A stretch of DNA of 32,000 nt from Candidatus Bathyarchaeota archaeon (GCA_025058315.1 JANXET010000003.1:46901-78900); one strand, 5' to 3'; shown: positions 1 through 9,130, numbered from the stretch's first letter. The notes: generated from the sequence alone by a model not told the origin. Program-made: numbers and translations.

Positions 1-590
1 GCAACTTTAACCCCATAACCGCAAACGCTGCTGGGAACTTTTAAACTACTAAAACCTGCGAAGACCAATGCTATTTCCCGGCCGTTAACAATCAAGGTGT
101 TAACGTCCACAAGGCTCTCGGGATTTGCCACTTTGCAGTGTAAGCTTCTGGCAACTTCCTCGACGCTTTTTCTTCCAACAGCTTCCGAGGCTGTTGTTAC
201 AACAGCTGTGGCGCCTATTCCATCAGCTATGAGCTTGGCAAGGTAGTTGGCTCCACCGTAATGTCCTGAAAGAAGGCTTACTACAAACTTGCCGGAGACA
301 TCAACACACACAACTGCAGGATCGACAAGTTTGCCGCTTAATAATGGCGCAACAGCCCTTATTAATATGCCTGCAGCCATAACTCCAACGATTGCGTCGA
401 AATTGCTGAAAATGCACTTAATCTCATCGCTGAAATGTTTCTGCATGGCTTTTTCTCCTTCACGCACGTACTTTATTGGAGCGAAAATTTCGCAACTTAT
501 CCCAGCGCCTTTAAGGGCTTTCGCTATCCTGTTTGCTGTTGCTGATCCTGCAGCCGTGACATAGATTATGGCTACACCTCTTTCAAACAT
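1..590 (-). CDS. cbiG: Cobalt-precorrin-5A hydrolase CbiG, N-terminal part (partial, continues beyond window start)
   Basis: Manual minus-strand translation from ATG at 590..588 gives MFERGVAIIYVTAAGSATANRIAKALKGAGISCEIFAPIKYVREGEKAMQKHFSDEI...VVSLLSGHYGGANYLAKLIADGIGATAVVTTAS. It stays open to position 1. The LLSGHxGGAN-type motif is typical of the CbiG N-domain. It overlaps the cbiF stop by 8 nt. It is absent from the ORF track because it runs off the edge. Confidence 0.75.
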   Translation of the reverse strand, partial: MFERGVAIIYVTAAGSATANRIAKALKGAGISCEIFAPIKYVREGEKAMQKHFSDEIKCIFSNFDAIVGVMAAGILIRAVAPLLSGKLVDPAVVCVDVSGKFVVSLLSGHYGGANYLAKLIADGIGATAVVTTASEAVGRKSVEEVARSLHCKVANPESLVDVNTLIVNGREIALVFAGFSSLKVPSSVCGYGVKV

Positions 591-1362
591 TCTTTCTGCC
601 CCTTCTAAAAGCATGGCTGAACTCCGGATCATAGAGCTTTGAGCGGTCATAGGATTTGGGCTCAATAGCTTCGCCTACAAGGATAAGTGCTGTGCTCCTT
701 ACATCCGCCGCCTTGACTTTTTCAGTGATATCTGCAAGTGTACCTCGAATTATCTTTTGCTCTGGCCACGAAGCCTTATATACAACTGCCACAGGCGTGT
801 CCAGCGAGTAGCCTCCAAGCCGGAGCTTCTCCACAATGGTCTCAATGAGTTGGGCTCCCAGAAAAATCGCCATTGTAGCTCCATGCCTCGCCAGCTCAAC
901 AAGATTATCCGCCTTGGTTACGGGTGTTCTGCCTTCAGGTCTTGTGACGATTACTGTCTGGCTTACTCCTGGAAGCGTCAACTCCCTTTTTAACGATGCT
1001 GCTGCAGCCTGTAGGCTGCTTACTCCAGGAATCACCTCGTATTCTATGTTATCCATCTCCAAGGCATCCATAAGTTCTTTTATCGCTCCGTAGAAACTTG
1101 GGTCTCCATCATGGAGGCGCACCACAATTTTGCCGTTTTTAGCAGCTTCAACGATTTTCTGTACGATTCTCTCCATACTCATCTTTGCACTGTCATGAAG
1201 CTCCGCGTCATCTTTAGCGTACTTTAGAATTTCAGGATTAAGAAGAGATCCTGTGTAAACAACCACATCCGCCTTCCCAAGGATCTCCTTGCCCTTTAAT
1301 GTTATGAGACCTGGATCTCCAGGGCCAGCGCCGACAATATAGACCTTTCCATGCCTGCTCAT
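583..1362 (-). CDS. cbiF: Cobalt-precorrin-4 C11-methyltransferase CbiF (CobM family)
   Basis: Motifs: VYIVGAGPGDPGLITLKG, VVVYTGSLL, LHDSAKMSMERI, RLHDGDPSFYGAI, VIPGVSSLQAAAA, ELTLPGVSQTVIVTRPEGRTPV. The likely start is ATG at 1362 (MSRHGKVY), giving an ATGA overlap with the cbiL stop. The ORF track extends to 1416. Confidence 0.88.
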   Translation of the reverse strand: MSRHGKVYIVGAGPGDPGLITLKGKEILGKADVVVYTGSLLNPEILKYAKDDAELHDSAKMSMERIVQKIVEAAKNGKIVVRLHDGDPSFYGAIKELMDALEMDNIEYEVIPGVSSLQAAAASLKRELTLPGVSQTVIVTRPEGRTPVTKADNLVELARHGATMAIFLGAQLIETIVEKLRLGGYSLDTPVAVVYKASWPEQKIIRGTLADITEKVKAADVRSTALILVGEAIEPKSYDRSKLYDPEFSHAFRRGRKNV

Positions 1363-2093
1363 ACTGTACACCTCTTCACCATCAAAGTTGAAAGGTACGT
1401 GTCCTCTGAGTTCCACCTATGCAGTTCCCCGAGGCTTCCAAATTTTACATTCTCCTGAGCAGTACCGTAACCTTTAACCATGACCACGATGGAGCTTTCG
1501 CCAAAACCGCACTCTATCAGAGCCTTAGATAACTCCCACAAGTTTTTAACACCTTTCATGAAGATGAGCGTATCAGCATGTTTAGCAAGTCCCTTAACCT
1601 TCTCCATTTCCGCGGTTGAGGGAATCAATGCAACAGTCTCATCATCCTCAGCTATCGGCAGTTTTGATGCAGCTGCACATGCGGTTAGAGATGTAACCCC
1701 TGGAATCACCTCTATGCCTGCTTCCGGAAGCTTCTCCCTAACCTTTCTATACGTGTAGATAAATGTGCTATACAGCATTGGGTCACCCATTGTTATGAAA
1801 GCCACATCCTTCCCTTCACGGAGCTTGGATACTATAGATTCTGAATTTCTCTCCCAGAAAGCCTCTAAGACACTTAAATCTCTAATCATGGGATAAATCA
1901 GCTCCGTCACCTCTTGGATTCTGCCAGTGTCATGGAGAATCGGCCTTACAACCTCAAGCGCGCGGCTTGGTCTGTCAGCCCGCGCTTTAGGAGCGCAGAC
2001 AACATCAACGATTCTCAAAACCTCGTAGGCCTTTAATGTTATAAGTTCAGGATCCCCAGGCCCGACGCCTACTCCATAAAGTCTCCCAATCAT
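1359..2093 (-). CDS. cbiL: Cobalt-precorrin-2 C20-methyltransferase CbiL (CobI family)
   Basis: N-terminus LYGVGVGPGDPELITLKAYEVL, then ITMGDPMLYSTF and VIPGVTSLTACAA. This is a class III tetrapyrrole methylase fold with a CbiL-type N-terminus. Confidence 0.85.
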   Translation of the reverse strand: MIGRLYGVGVGPGDPELITLKAYEVLRIVDVVCAPKARADRPSRALEVVRPILHDTGRIQEVTELIYPMIRDLSVLEAFWERNSESIVSKLREGKDVAFITMGDPMLYSTFIYTYRKVREKLPEAGIEVIPGVTSLTACAAASKLPIAEDDETVALIPSTAEMEKVKGLAKHADTLIFMKGVKNLWELSKALIECGFGESSIVVMVKGYGTAQENVKFGSLGELHRWNSEDTYLSTLMVKRCTV

Positions 2094-2105
2094 ATTCAGT
2101 TTCCC

Positions 2106-2702
2106 CTAGGGCTTCACTGCGGATATTATGGTTATAGGGTTTCTAGCCAGCATCATAACTCCTGCATCTGTAAACCTGCCCCTGGCCACAGAAACATTTA
2201 CAACATCCAAATTCGCAAGGTTGAGCTCTCTCATGGTCTTCACAACCTCATACGCTGTTTCCAAGGTGATAGCATTAACCACCAGTCGACCACCTGCCTT
2301 AAGTTTTGCATAAGAGACCCTTAGAACATCAGTTATCGAGCGGCTTCCGCCAACTATTACAGCGTCAACGGGAGGAAGCGCCTGCATCACCTCAGGGGCC
2401 TTTCCATTTATAAGCTGAACTGTGTCTTGGACGCCGAATTTAGAAATGTTCCAGCCTGTAATCCTGACGGCTTCCTCATCCTCATCTATGGCGAAAACCT
2501 TTCCAGTTCGGCCTACTTGTAGTGCAGCCTCAACCGTTATGCTTCCAACCCCGCAGCCCACATCAACCAGATAATCGCCTTCTCTGAGCCTAGCCTTAGA
2601 AATTGTTATAACCCTTATTTCCTCCTTTGTAGGTCCTGGAACATTGTCGCTTGTTATGAAAAGCTCGTCAGGTATTCCTGGAGTTTTATAAATCCAAATC
2701 AT
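2106..2702 (-). CDS. cbiT: Cobalt-precorrin-6B C15-methyltransferase (decarboxylating) CbiT
   Basis: PGIPDELFITSDNVPGPTKEEIRVITISKARL followed by the SAM-binding motif VDVGCGVGSITVEAA. At 198 aa the size fits CbiT. Confidence 0.88.
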   Translation of the reverse strand: MIWIYKTPGIPDELFITSDNVPGPTKEEIRVITISKARLREGDYLVDVGCGVGSITVEAALQVGRTGKVFAIDEDEEAVRITGWNISKFGVQDTVQLINGKAPEVMQALPPVDAVIVGGSRSITDVLRVSYAKLKAGGRLVVNAITLETAYEVVKTMRELNLANLDVVNVSVARGRFTDAGVMMLARNPITIISAVKP

Positions 2703-3364
2703 CCTGGTTTCACCGACGGAATGATCGCCATAACACAGAGGGTTCCCTGGCCTTGTAAAGGCACTTTCCGTAATGTGCCCCGGGACACCTTTTCATCTTC
2801 AAGAGTGAGGTTCTCACATATGAAGACAGGGGTTTCCCCGTTAGCCCCATGGCTTATAAGGTACTGAGCGATGTCTTTAGGAGTAAAGCACTTGGGGTCA
2901 GGCAGGATTATAATCGTTTTTCCGCTTTTAACGGCTTCAAGAAGTCTTCTCTTTCCATGTTCATCAGCGCCTTCGTGAAAACTTATCAGAACCGCATCAT
3001 CCCAGCTTATTCTGAGGCGCGCTGCACAAACCTGGACAGCACTTATACCTGGAGTAACCTCCAAATCGATATCCTTGTCAACTGATTTTGCAACTGTTCC
3101 AAGGAGACCAGCGAACCCCGGGTCTCCAGTAGATATGAGAGCCACATTTACCCCCTTTCCCGCACATTCCACAGCATATCTTATGATCTGTTTGAAGTTT
3201 TTGGCTGTTAAAGCCAAGGCTTCACCCTTTATGTCACTTCTAAACAGTTCAAGAATTCTTTCAGATCCAATCACCAGCTGTGCTTTCTGCACGATTTTTC
3301 TGGCTATGGGCGTAACATACTCCGGGGAACCTGGACCCGCACCGACTATGTGGATTTTCGCCAT
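2699..3364 (-). CDS. cbiE: Cobalt-precorrin-7 C5-methyltransferase CbiE
   Basis: IHIVGAGPGSPEYVTPIARKIVQKAQLVIGSERILELF, STGDPGFAGL, VTPGISAVQVCAA. The likely start is MAKIHIV at 3364; the track start is 3376. It has an ATGA overlap with the cbiT start. Confidence 0.85.
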   Translation of the reverse strand: MAKIHIVGAGPGSPEYVTPIARKIVQKAQLVIGSERILELFRSDIKGEALALTAKNFKQIIRYAVECAGKGVNVALISTGDPGFAGLLGTVAKSVDKDIDLEVTPGISAVQVCAARLRISWDDAVLISFHEGADEHGKRRLLEAVKSGKTIIILPDPKCFTPKDIAQYLISHGANGETPVFICENLTLEDEKVSRGTLRKVPLQGQGTLCVMAIIPSVKPG

Positions 3365-4497
3365 TTCTCTACGCACTCAGCTTTTCCGCTTGCTCCCAGA
3401 ATCTCCCCCTCAAGGGATACTATTAAGACGCTTATCTCCGCTTTACCCTTAATCTTTTCTAAGCAGCGGACGCGAATCTTCTCAGCGATGGCGTCGAAAG
3501 TTTGCCTCATAAGATTTGCCTCTTTAAGCCATTTAATAACTTCCTCAGTTGTATTTGAAGCCAGTATTCTTGTTATAAGCTGGCTGCTGGCGCCTGCGGC
3601 TCCGGCGTATGCCGCTATTACCTCCATCCTTGCATCAGCCACTCTATAGTGTGTGTTAAAGACTCCGGCGGCTAACTTGACAAGCTTCCCTGCATGTCCA
3701 AGTAGGATGATGTTTCTAGCTCCCTTTTCAACAGCCTTTCGAAGCATGTAGCCGACAAAGTCGCCAGTTTGAACCACCATATCCTCTGAAACATTAAAAA
3801 GTTGTTTAGCAATTTTTGCACCGATGTTTCCTGGGACAAGAAATATGCAATCGCGCCCACTGGATAATGCAATGTCAATCTGTGGCAGAAGGGATCGTCT
3901 ATAGGCCTCAAGCGAATAGGGCTTAACGATTCCTGCCGTTCCAAGTATGGATATGCCGCCCACTATGCCCAGTTTGGGATTAAGCGTCTTTTCCGCAACC
4001 TCTTCTCCACCCGGCACTTCAATGAGGATTTCGGCGCCTCTTCCTGTTGGAATAACCTCCCTGACAGCATCCCTTATCATAATCCTTGGAACAGGATTTA
4101 TGGCTGGCTCTCCAATGGAAACTGTTAACCCAGGCTTAGTAACTCTGCCCACCCCCCTTCCTCCCTTAATCACCACTTCACCGTCATCAGTAAGCTTTAC
4201 TGTGGCATAAATCCTAAGGCCATCAGTGGCATCTGCATCGTCGCCAGCGTTCTTAACAACCCAGGCGACAGCCTTATTGGCATCCAGCTTACGACATCCC
4301 TCAATAGGCACTTCCAAACGCAGCCCAATGGGTGTCGGCACCCCTACATGATCTGCTGGTTTATCAATTAATGTTAGCACAGCTGCCTTTGCTGCAGCTG
4401 CAGCACATGCACCCGTGGAAATTCCGTACTTTAGAAACTTCAATTTTTCAGCCTCACAGCCGGGTTGTTTTGCATTCTGCAAGCGCCAGTAATGCAT
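3346..4497 (-). CDS. cbiD: Cobalt-precorrin-5B C1-methyltransferase CbiD
   Basis: YGISTGACAAAAAKAAVLTL, NAGDDADATDG, GGISILGTAGIVKPYS, LGHAGKLVKLAAGVFNTH. The track start overlaps the upstream gene by 44 nt, so an internal TTG near 4448 is an alternative start. Confidence 0.88.
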   Translation of the reverse strand: MHYWRLQNAKQPGCEAEKLKFLKYGISTGACAAAAAKAAVLTLIDKPADHVGVPTPIGLRLEVPIEGCRKLDANKAVAWVVKNAGDDADATDGLRIYATVKLTDDGEVVIKGGRGVGRVTKPGLTVSIGEPAINPVPRIMIRDAVREVIPTGRGAEILIEVPGGEEVAEKTLNPKLGIVGGISILGTAGIVKPYSLEAYRRSLLPQIDIALSSGRDCIFLVPGNIGAKIAKQLFNVSEDMVVQTGDFVGYMLRKAVEKGARNIILLGHAGKLVKLAAGVFNTHYRVADARMEVIAAYAGAAGASSQLITRILASNTTEEVIKWLKEANLMRQTFDAIAEKIRVRCLEKIKGKAEISVLIVSLEGEILGASGKAECVEKWRKST

Positions 4498-5512
4498 TAA
4501 AGATGGCCGCCGCCACAGGGCTGCCGCCCTTTGGACCGCGGACTGTTATGAAGGGGACAGCTAACCCCATAACCGCCTCCTTTGCCTCAGCAGCTCCTAT
4601 AAAACCCACAGGCGTTGCAATTATGAGCGCAGGATTTGTTTCACCATTCTTCACAGCTTGGACAAGCTCGAAGGCCGCCGTAGGAGAGTTTCCAATGAGC
4701 GCTATCCCCCCTTCTAAGCCATCATTTATAGCCAGACGCATGGCGGCTGCGGTGCGTGTTATGCCGCTTTCCCTAGCCATCCTAAAAGCTCGCTCATCAT
4801 CCACGTAACACTCAACTCTACCGCCGAATTTCCTAAGCTTCACCATGTTCACCCCGGCCTTAACCATTTTAACATCGGCCACAACCTTCGCCCCTGACTT
4901 TATAGCACTTATACCCTCCTCGATGGCTCCATCACTTATGACTATGAGCTTCGCAAATTCAGCGTCAGCAGTGGCATGCACAACTCTTTCAATGATCTTT
5001 GCATGGTCCACGGGGACACATTTCAGGAAATCTCCAATTATCTCCCTAATCCTGTTCATGCTCATCTCAAAAAGATTACTTGCAGCTGACAGGTTATAGG
5101 AGTCTAATGGCGGCTCATCATTTGATTTATATCCTAAGGCCTTCAAGGCCTTCTCCTCTATTATTTCAGCTATTCTCCAGTCAGGACCTATGGGATCACC
5201 GTAGAATATTTCCAGCCCTTCTTTACATGTTATGCGTTCATCATTTTTAAGTCCAAGAATTTTCGGGATGTCTTCAATTGTGTGGCTCCCAGCAGCCATA
5301 AAAACAGGTATTATTACAATCCTTTTAACTCCACGCTGAGCTATGAGTTTGACAGCCTCCTGTATTGTCGGCTTGTTTATCATCATGAAGGCAGTTTCAA
5401 CATTTTTGAAAATGGATCTTGTGCGTATTATTTCCGCCAACTTTTCCAGGCTTTCCTTATGCTGGGGTTTTCTGCTTCCATGTCCCACAAGAATCAATCC
5501 AACATTATACAT
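4454..5512 (-). CDS. cbiXC: Fusion protein: small sirohydrochlorin cobaltochelatase CbiX(S) (aa 1 to about 130) plus cobalt-precorrin-8 methylmutase CbiC (aa about 160-352)
   Basis: The N-terminal part has LILVGHGSRKP...VIIPVFMAAGSHTIEDIP, with two His-containing chelatase motifs. The C-terminal part has ERVVHATADAEFAKLIVIS, ADVKMVKAGVN, LIGNSPTAAFELV, PALIIATPVGFIGAAEAKE and VRGPKGGSPVAAAIFNALL, the CbiC/CobH signature. It is a single uninterrupted ORF. Confidence 0.85.
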   Translation of the reverse strand: MYNVGLILVGHGSRKPQHKESLEKLAEIIRTRSIFKNVETAFMMINKPTIQEAVKLIAQRGVKRIVIIPVFMAAGSHTIEDIPKILGLKNDERITCKEGLEIFYGDPIGPDWRIAEIIEEKALKALGYKSNDEPPLDSYNLSAASNLFEMSMNRIREIIGDFLKCVPVDHAKIIERVVHATADAEFAKLIVISDGAIEEGISAIKSGAKVVADVKMVKAGVNMVKLRKFGGRVECYVDDERAFRMARESGITRTAAAMRLAINDGLEGGIALIGNSPTAAFELVQAVKNGETNPALIIATPVGFIGAAEAKEAVMGLAVPFITVRGPKGGSPVAAAIFNALLALAECKTTRL

Positions 5513-6815
5513 CAGCGCCGCTCCACTCTAGTAGATTCAATTCTTCCACGCCGAAAAGCTTAATGGTTTCCTCTATAAGCTGCCTGTCGCCGTTGGATGC
5601 CGCAACTTTCAAGTTTTCAATCATAGGCAGGAGAACCCTCTTAAGAATTATCCTCGTTAAATCATCAATTATCCTGCGCTCCTTCTCGCCAAGCCCACTA
5701 AGCATGTTAAACGCCTTAGCTAATTCCTCCTTACGCATCTCCTCAGATCTGGACACGATCTGAGAAATCAAATCTCTGATGCACTGCTCTCTAAGCTCCC
5801 TATATAGTTGAGGAAGTTCCTCTTCAATTATTTCTGCAGCTTTTTCAGCGCTTTTTCGTCTCTCATTTAGATTCCGCTCAACTATGGCCTGGAAATCATC
5901 AATATCATAAAGCATAACTCCATCCAACTCTGCGATTGATTCCTCAACGTTCCTAGGATTTGAAATGTCAATTATCAGTAGGCCATTTCCACCGCGCTTC
6001 TCAATAATCCTGCAAACGGTATCCTTTGTAAGTATATAGTGAGGTGCTGCTGTCGCACAAATAACAACATCAGCCTCAACAAGAGCATCTTCAAGCTTGT
6101 CAAACCTTAGAGCTTTCCCGGAGACATCCTCAGCCAGCTTAACGGCTCTTTCATAGGTCCTGTTTGCAATGAATATGGTGTTAGGTTTATGGCGGGCAAG
6201 AGCCTTAGCCACGCAAGTTCCCATTTCCCCTGCGCCTATTACAAGCACATTTTTCCCGCATAGTCCGCCCATCAACTCCTCAGCCAGTTTAACCGACACG
6301 GATCCGAAGGAGGCTGCGCCCCTGCTTATCTCAGTTTCACTTCGGATACGCTTTCCAACACTTACGGCTTTTCTGAAAACTGTTCCGAGAATTTGACCCG
6401 CTGCCCTGTAGGATTCAGCCTGAAGATAAGCATCCCAAACTTGGCCAAGTATCTCATTCTCACCTAGAACCATCGAGTCAAGACCTGAAGCAACCTCCAG
6501 AACATGCTTAAGCGCGTCATGATTCATTGAGACTTCAACGGCTTTTAGGGCTTCCTCCATCATAGCCCCAGCTCTGTTGGCTAAGTACTTCGTCAAGCAT
6601 TCGGCAGCAGCCCTTCCATTGGAGCTCACCACATATAATTCCACGCGGTTACATGTCTGCAGTATGATGCATTCGGAAATTCCGCCTAGAGCCCTAATCT
6701 CCTCATAGGCTCTGCCCTTATCCTTGAAGGCCACAGCCTCCAGAAGCGGGACGCGAGCTTTCCTGTATGTGATTCGGACATTTAATATGTCAAAGGTTCG
6801 TGTTGCAAACGTCAT
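5505..6815 (-). CDS. hemA: Glutamyl-tRNA reductase HemA
   Basis: ILQTCNRVELYVV contains the catalytic Cys motif. The NADPH Rossmann motif is VLVIGAGEMG. At 436 aa the length is typical. Confidence 0.92.
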   Translation of the reverse strand: MTFATRTFDILNVRITYRKARVPLLEAVAFKDKGRAYEEIRALGGISECIILQTCNRVELYVVSSNGRAAAECLTKYLANRAGAMMEEALKAVEVSMNHDALKHVLEVASGLDSMVLGENEILGQVWDAYLQAESYRAAGQILGTVFRKAVSVGKRIRSETEISRGAASFGSVSVKLAEELMGGLCGKNVLVIGAGEMGTCVAKALARHKPNTIFIANRTYERAVKLAEDVSGKALRFDKLEDALVEADVVICATAAPHYILTKDTVCRIIEKRGGNGLLIIDISNPRNVEESIAELDGVMLYDIDDFQAIVERNLNERRKSAEKAAEIIEEELPQLYRELREQCIRDLISQIVSRSEEMRKEELAKAFNMLSGLGEKERRIIDDLTRIILKRVLLPMIENLKVAASNGDRQLIEETIKLFGVEELNLLEWSGADV

Positions 6816-6887
6816 GGATGGATAGCCCGTCCAATCAACTTAAATAACGCGAGCGTAATATAAGCCTATTGCGACCCCACAGCGAGG
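6816..6887. promoter_or_regulatory. Divergent promoter region with back-to-back TATA-like boxes for the two tetrapyrrole operons
   Basis: TTATTTAA (minus-strand reading, 6838-6846) ends 24 nt upstream of the hemA ATG. AATATAA (6857-6863) is centred about 28 nt upstream of the GTG at 6888. Both spacings fit leaderless archaeal transcripts. This is a sequence reading only. Confidence 0.4.
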
Positions 6888-8435
6888 GTGACAATTATAC
6901 GAAGTGGATACCGAATAGGCCTTGTTTATGTTCCAGGTTCCCTGCCAAGTTTTGAAGAATTCGGTTTTTTACCTACAGATCTGGTCATGGAAAATGGGCA
7001 TGTAAATGGCAAACCAGCTTCAGAAGTGCTTGACATGCTGATAATACCCGGCGGAAGCCTCGTTGAATCTGGAAGCATAGGCAGTAGCCTGTCCCGCGAG
7101 ATAATCCGTATGGCAGAAACTGGAAAACTGGTGCTTGGGGTATGCGCTGGCTTTCAGGTTCTTGCTAGACGCACAGATGTTGGGAGGCTTTCACCAACAC
7201 CTATATTCAGACATGGGCTTGGGCTAATAGATGCAGAGTTCTCCCCTCTAGTATGCACTGACCGAGTTACAGCGACGATTGTGGGAAAAAGCTTCTTGGC
7301 GAATGAGGTGGGCTTAAGAGTTAAGGGATTTCACTGTCACACATACGGCAAAATAACCCTGAAGGAGGAAGCTCGACCTATACTTGTCTCAAATGTCAGG
7401 AGGCTGAACTACCGTAGCAATTCGAGGGAAATAATCTCCGGAGCCTCAAACATGGATGGAAACGTTGTAGGCGTTCTTCTACATGCCATGCTGGACGAGA
7501 ACCCTGCTATCATTGAAGGAATAAGAAACTCTCTAGGCGCGTCCCATGAAGAGCTTGAAGCCATCAGAGAAGCAAACGCCGCCTTGAGGGCTAAGTTAAA
7601 AGGTGAGCTCGGAGTATCCACAGGAATAAGCATTTCGCTGGGCAATCAAAAAACTCCATTATCCTCATGCCTACTTTTTACAGCCACTGGAAGCGGAGCT
7701 GGAAAAACCTTTATAATTACGGGCGTTGCCGGCGCTCTCAAGAGAGGCGGCGTAAATGTAGGCGTTCTGAAGGTTGGTGGAGACATAAGGGATATAGTGC
7801 CTGCCTTCTACCTCATTAAGGAGCCTGTGAAGCCTTACTCTTCAATAAAAATCGGAGAGAGCGGCTGGAAACCTGTGGAAGAGGCTATTTCTATGGCTGG
7901 TGTGGACTATAGTCTCCTCGTTATCGAGGGCGCCATGGGTGACTTAACTGGGCTTCTAAATGAGGGTGTGGAGCATCCTGTCTCAACGGCTGAAGTAGCC
8001 TTAATCATGAATATTCCTGTGGTGCTTATTGTCGGATGTGACAAGGCGGGAATAGAAGGTGCTTTGGCAGACGCTGTCAGTCACATAAAACTACTTAGGA
8101 AACTTGGTGTAAATGTTGCTGGTGTAATACTGAATAAGCTTAAGCTAAGCTACATGTCCGACGAGGTTAAGCGCCTAATAGACCAAACGTTCAGGGCGCA
8201 GGAAGTGGCTTTACTGGGGATCATACCGCGCATGGAGATGGAGGAGCGGGGAATGATTCCTGAGGTGGAAATAAGATATGAAGAATTCTGTGCAAGGGCG
8301 CTTGAAGCTGCCGAGCACTATATAAATGTTAAAGAACTTTTAAGGCTGGCTAGACCTCCACGCAGAAATGCTGTAGACCTGAAAAGCCTTAATGCAAGAT
8401 TTAAGGAGCTTTTGACCAGGGGGGTCACATGTTAA
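6888..8435 (+). CDS. CobQ/CbiA-family glutamine-dependent corrinoid amidotransferase with inverted domain order (GATase_3 N-terminal, BioD/CbiA-like P-loop domain C-terminal)
   Basis: N-terminal half: PGSLPSFEEFG, LIIPGGS, LGVCAGFQVLAR (nucleophile Cys), GVLLHAMLDENP (His). C-terminal half: TATGSGAGKTFIITGVAGALKRGG (P-loop), LLVIEGAMG, VAGVILNKL, LLGIIPRM. It has a GTG start. It is the first gene of the plus-strand B12/heme operon. Confidence 0.7.
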   Translation: MTIIRSGYRIGLVYVPGSLPSFEEFGFLPTDLVMENGHVNGKPASEVLDMLIIPGGSLVESGSIGSSLSREIIRMAETGKLVLGVCAGFQVLARRTDVGRLSPTPIFRHGLGLIDAEFSPLVCTDRVTATIVGKSFLANEVGLRVKGFHCHTYGKITLKEEARPILVSNVRRLNYRSNSREIISGASNMDGNVVGVLLHAMLDENPAIIEGIRNSLGASHEELEAIREANAALRAKLKGELGVSTGISISLGNQKTPLSSCLLFTATGSGAGKTFIITGVAGALKRGGVNVGVLKVGGDIRDIVPAFYLIKEPVKPYSSIKIGESGWKPVEEAISMAGVDYSLLVIEGAMGDLTGLLNEGVEHPVSTAEVALIMNIPVVLIVGCDKAGIEGALADAVSHIKLLRKLGVNVAGVILNKLKLSYMSDEVKRLIDQTFRAQEVALLGIIPRMEMEERGMIPEVEIRYEEFCARALEAAEHYINVKELLRLARPPRRNAVDLKSLNARFKELLTRGVTC

Positions 8436-8465
8436 TACGACAAAAAACTGTAGGAGGATGCATAT

Positions 8466-9125
8466 TTGCTTGTTGACCTGAAACTCTCCGGCATGAACGT
8501 CGTAGTTGTCGGGGGCGGAAGAGAAAGTTATAGGAAAATTCTTAAGTTCCTAGAAGAGGGTTCTCGCATCACAGTTTATAGCAGATCCTTCTCGGCAGGA
8601 TTTAAGAGGCTTAAGGCTGAGGGCAAAATTTCCCTCGTCAAAGCGAATGTTAATGACGCCAAGGTTTTCATTACACGTCTCGAACCAAAACCGCATCTGC
8701 TAATAGCCGCCACGGATAACCGAGACTTCAATGCTGAACTAGCATCGAATGCTAAAGCTGCAGGATGCATGGTTTATGCCATAGACAACCCCTCAATAAG
8801 CGACTTCACGCTTCCAGCGTTGGCGAGGATCGGTGATGTGAAGGTAGCTGTGTCAACGGGAGGCAAAAGCCCAGCTGTGGCTAGGGCTCTAAGGATTAGA
8901 ATCGAGAGGATGGTGAAGCCTGAGGATCTGCTTCAAATCCAGCTTCAGCATCAAATTAGGGGTGTCCTAAAAAGGCAAATTGCGGATCAAAGGGCACGGC
9001 GGAGAATAATATACTCGGTTTTTGCAGATAAGCATATTAAAGAACTGTTGAAGGCTGGAAAAATGGAAGAAGCCCGCCTGGAGGCTTTCAAAATTATTGA
9101 AGGTTACACTTCCAATAAGGGGTGA
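8466..9125 (+). CDS. sirC: Precorrin-2 dehydrogenase / sirohydrochlorin ferrochelatase family (SirC / CysG N-domain, Met8p-like)
   Basis: The NAD-binding N-terminus is VVVVGGGRESYRKILKFLEEGSRITVYS, followed by VSTGGKSPAVARALR. A TTG start is preceded by GGAGGA 8 nt upstream. Confidence 0.82.
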   Translation: MLVDLKLSGMNVVVVGGGRESYRKILKFLEEGSRITVYSRSFSAGFKRLKAEGKISLVKANVNDAKVFITRLEPKPHLLIAATDNRDFNAELASNAKAAGCMVYAIDNPSISDFTLPALARIGDVKVAVSTGGKSPAVARALRIRIERMVKPEDLLQIQLQHQIRGVLKRQIADQRARRRIIYSVFADKHIKELLKAGKMEEARLEAFKIIEGYTSNKG

Positions 9126-9130
9126 TTTAC

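Noticed and set aside
9122-9130. A GTG at 9122 was considered as the hemB start, as in the ORF track.
   Set aside because: This GTG is part of the GGGGTGAT Shine-Dalgarno sequence, which sits 5 nt upstream of ATG 9131. The resulting N-terminus MVGFPAVRMRRLRR matches typical HemB.
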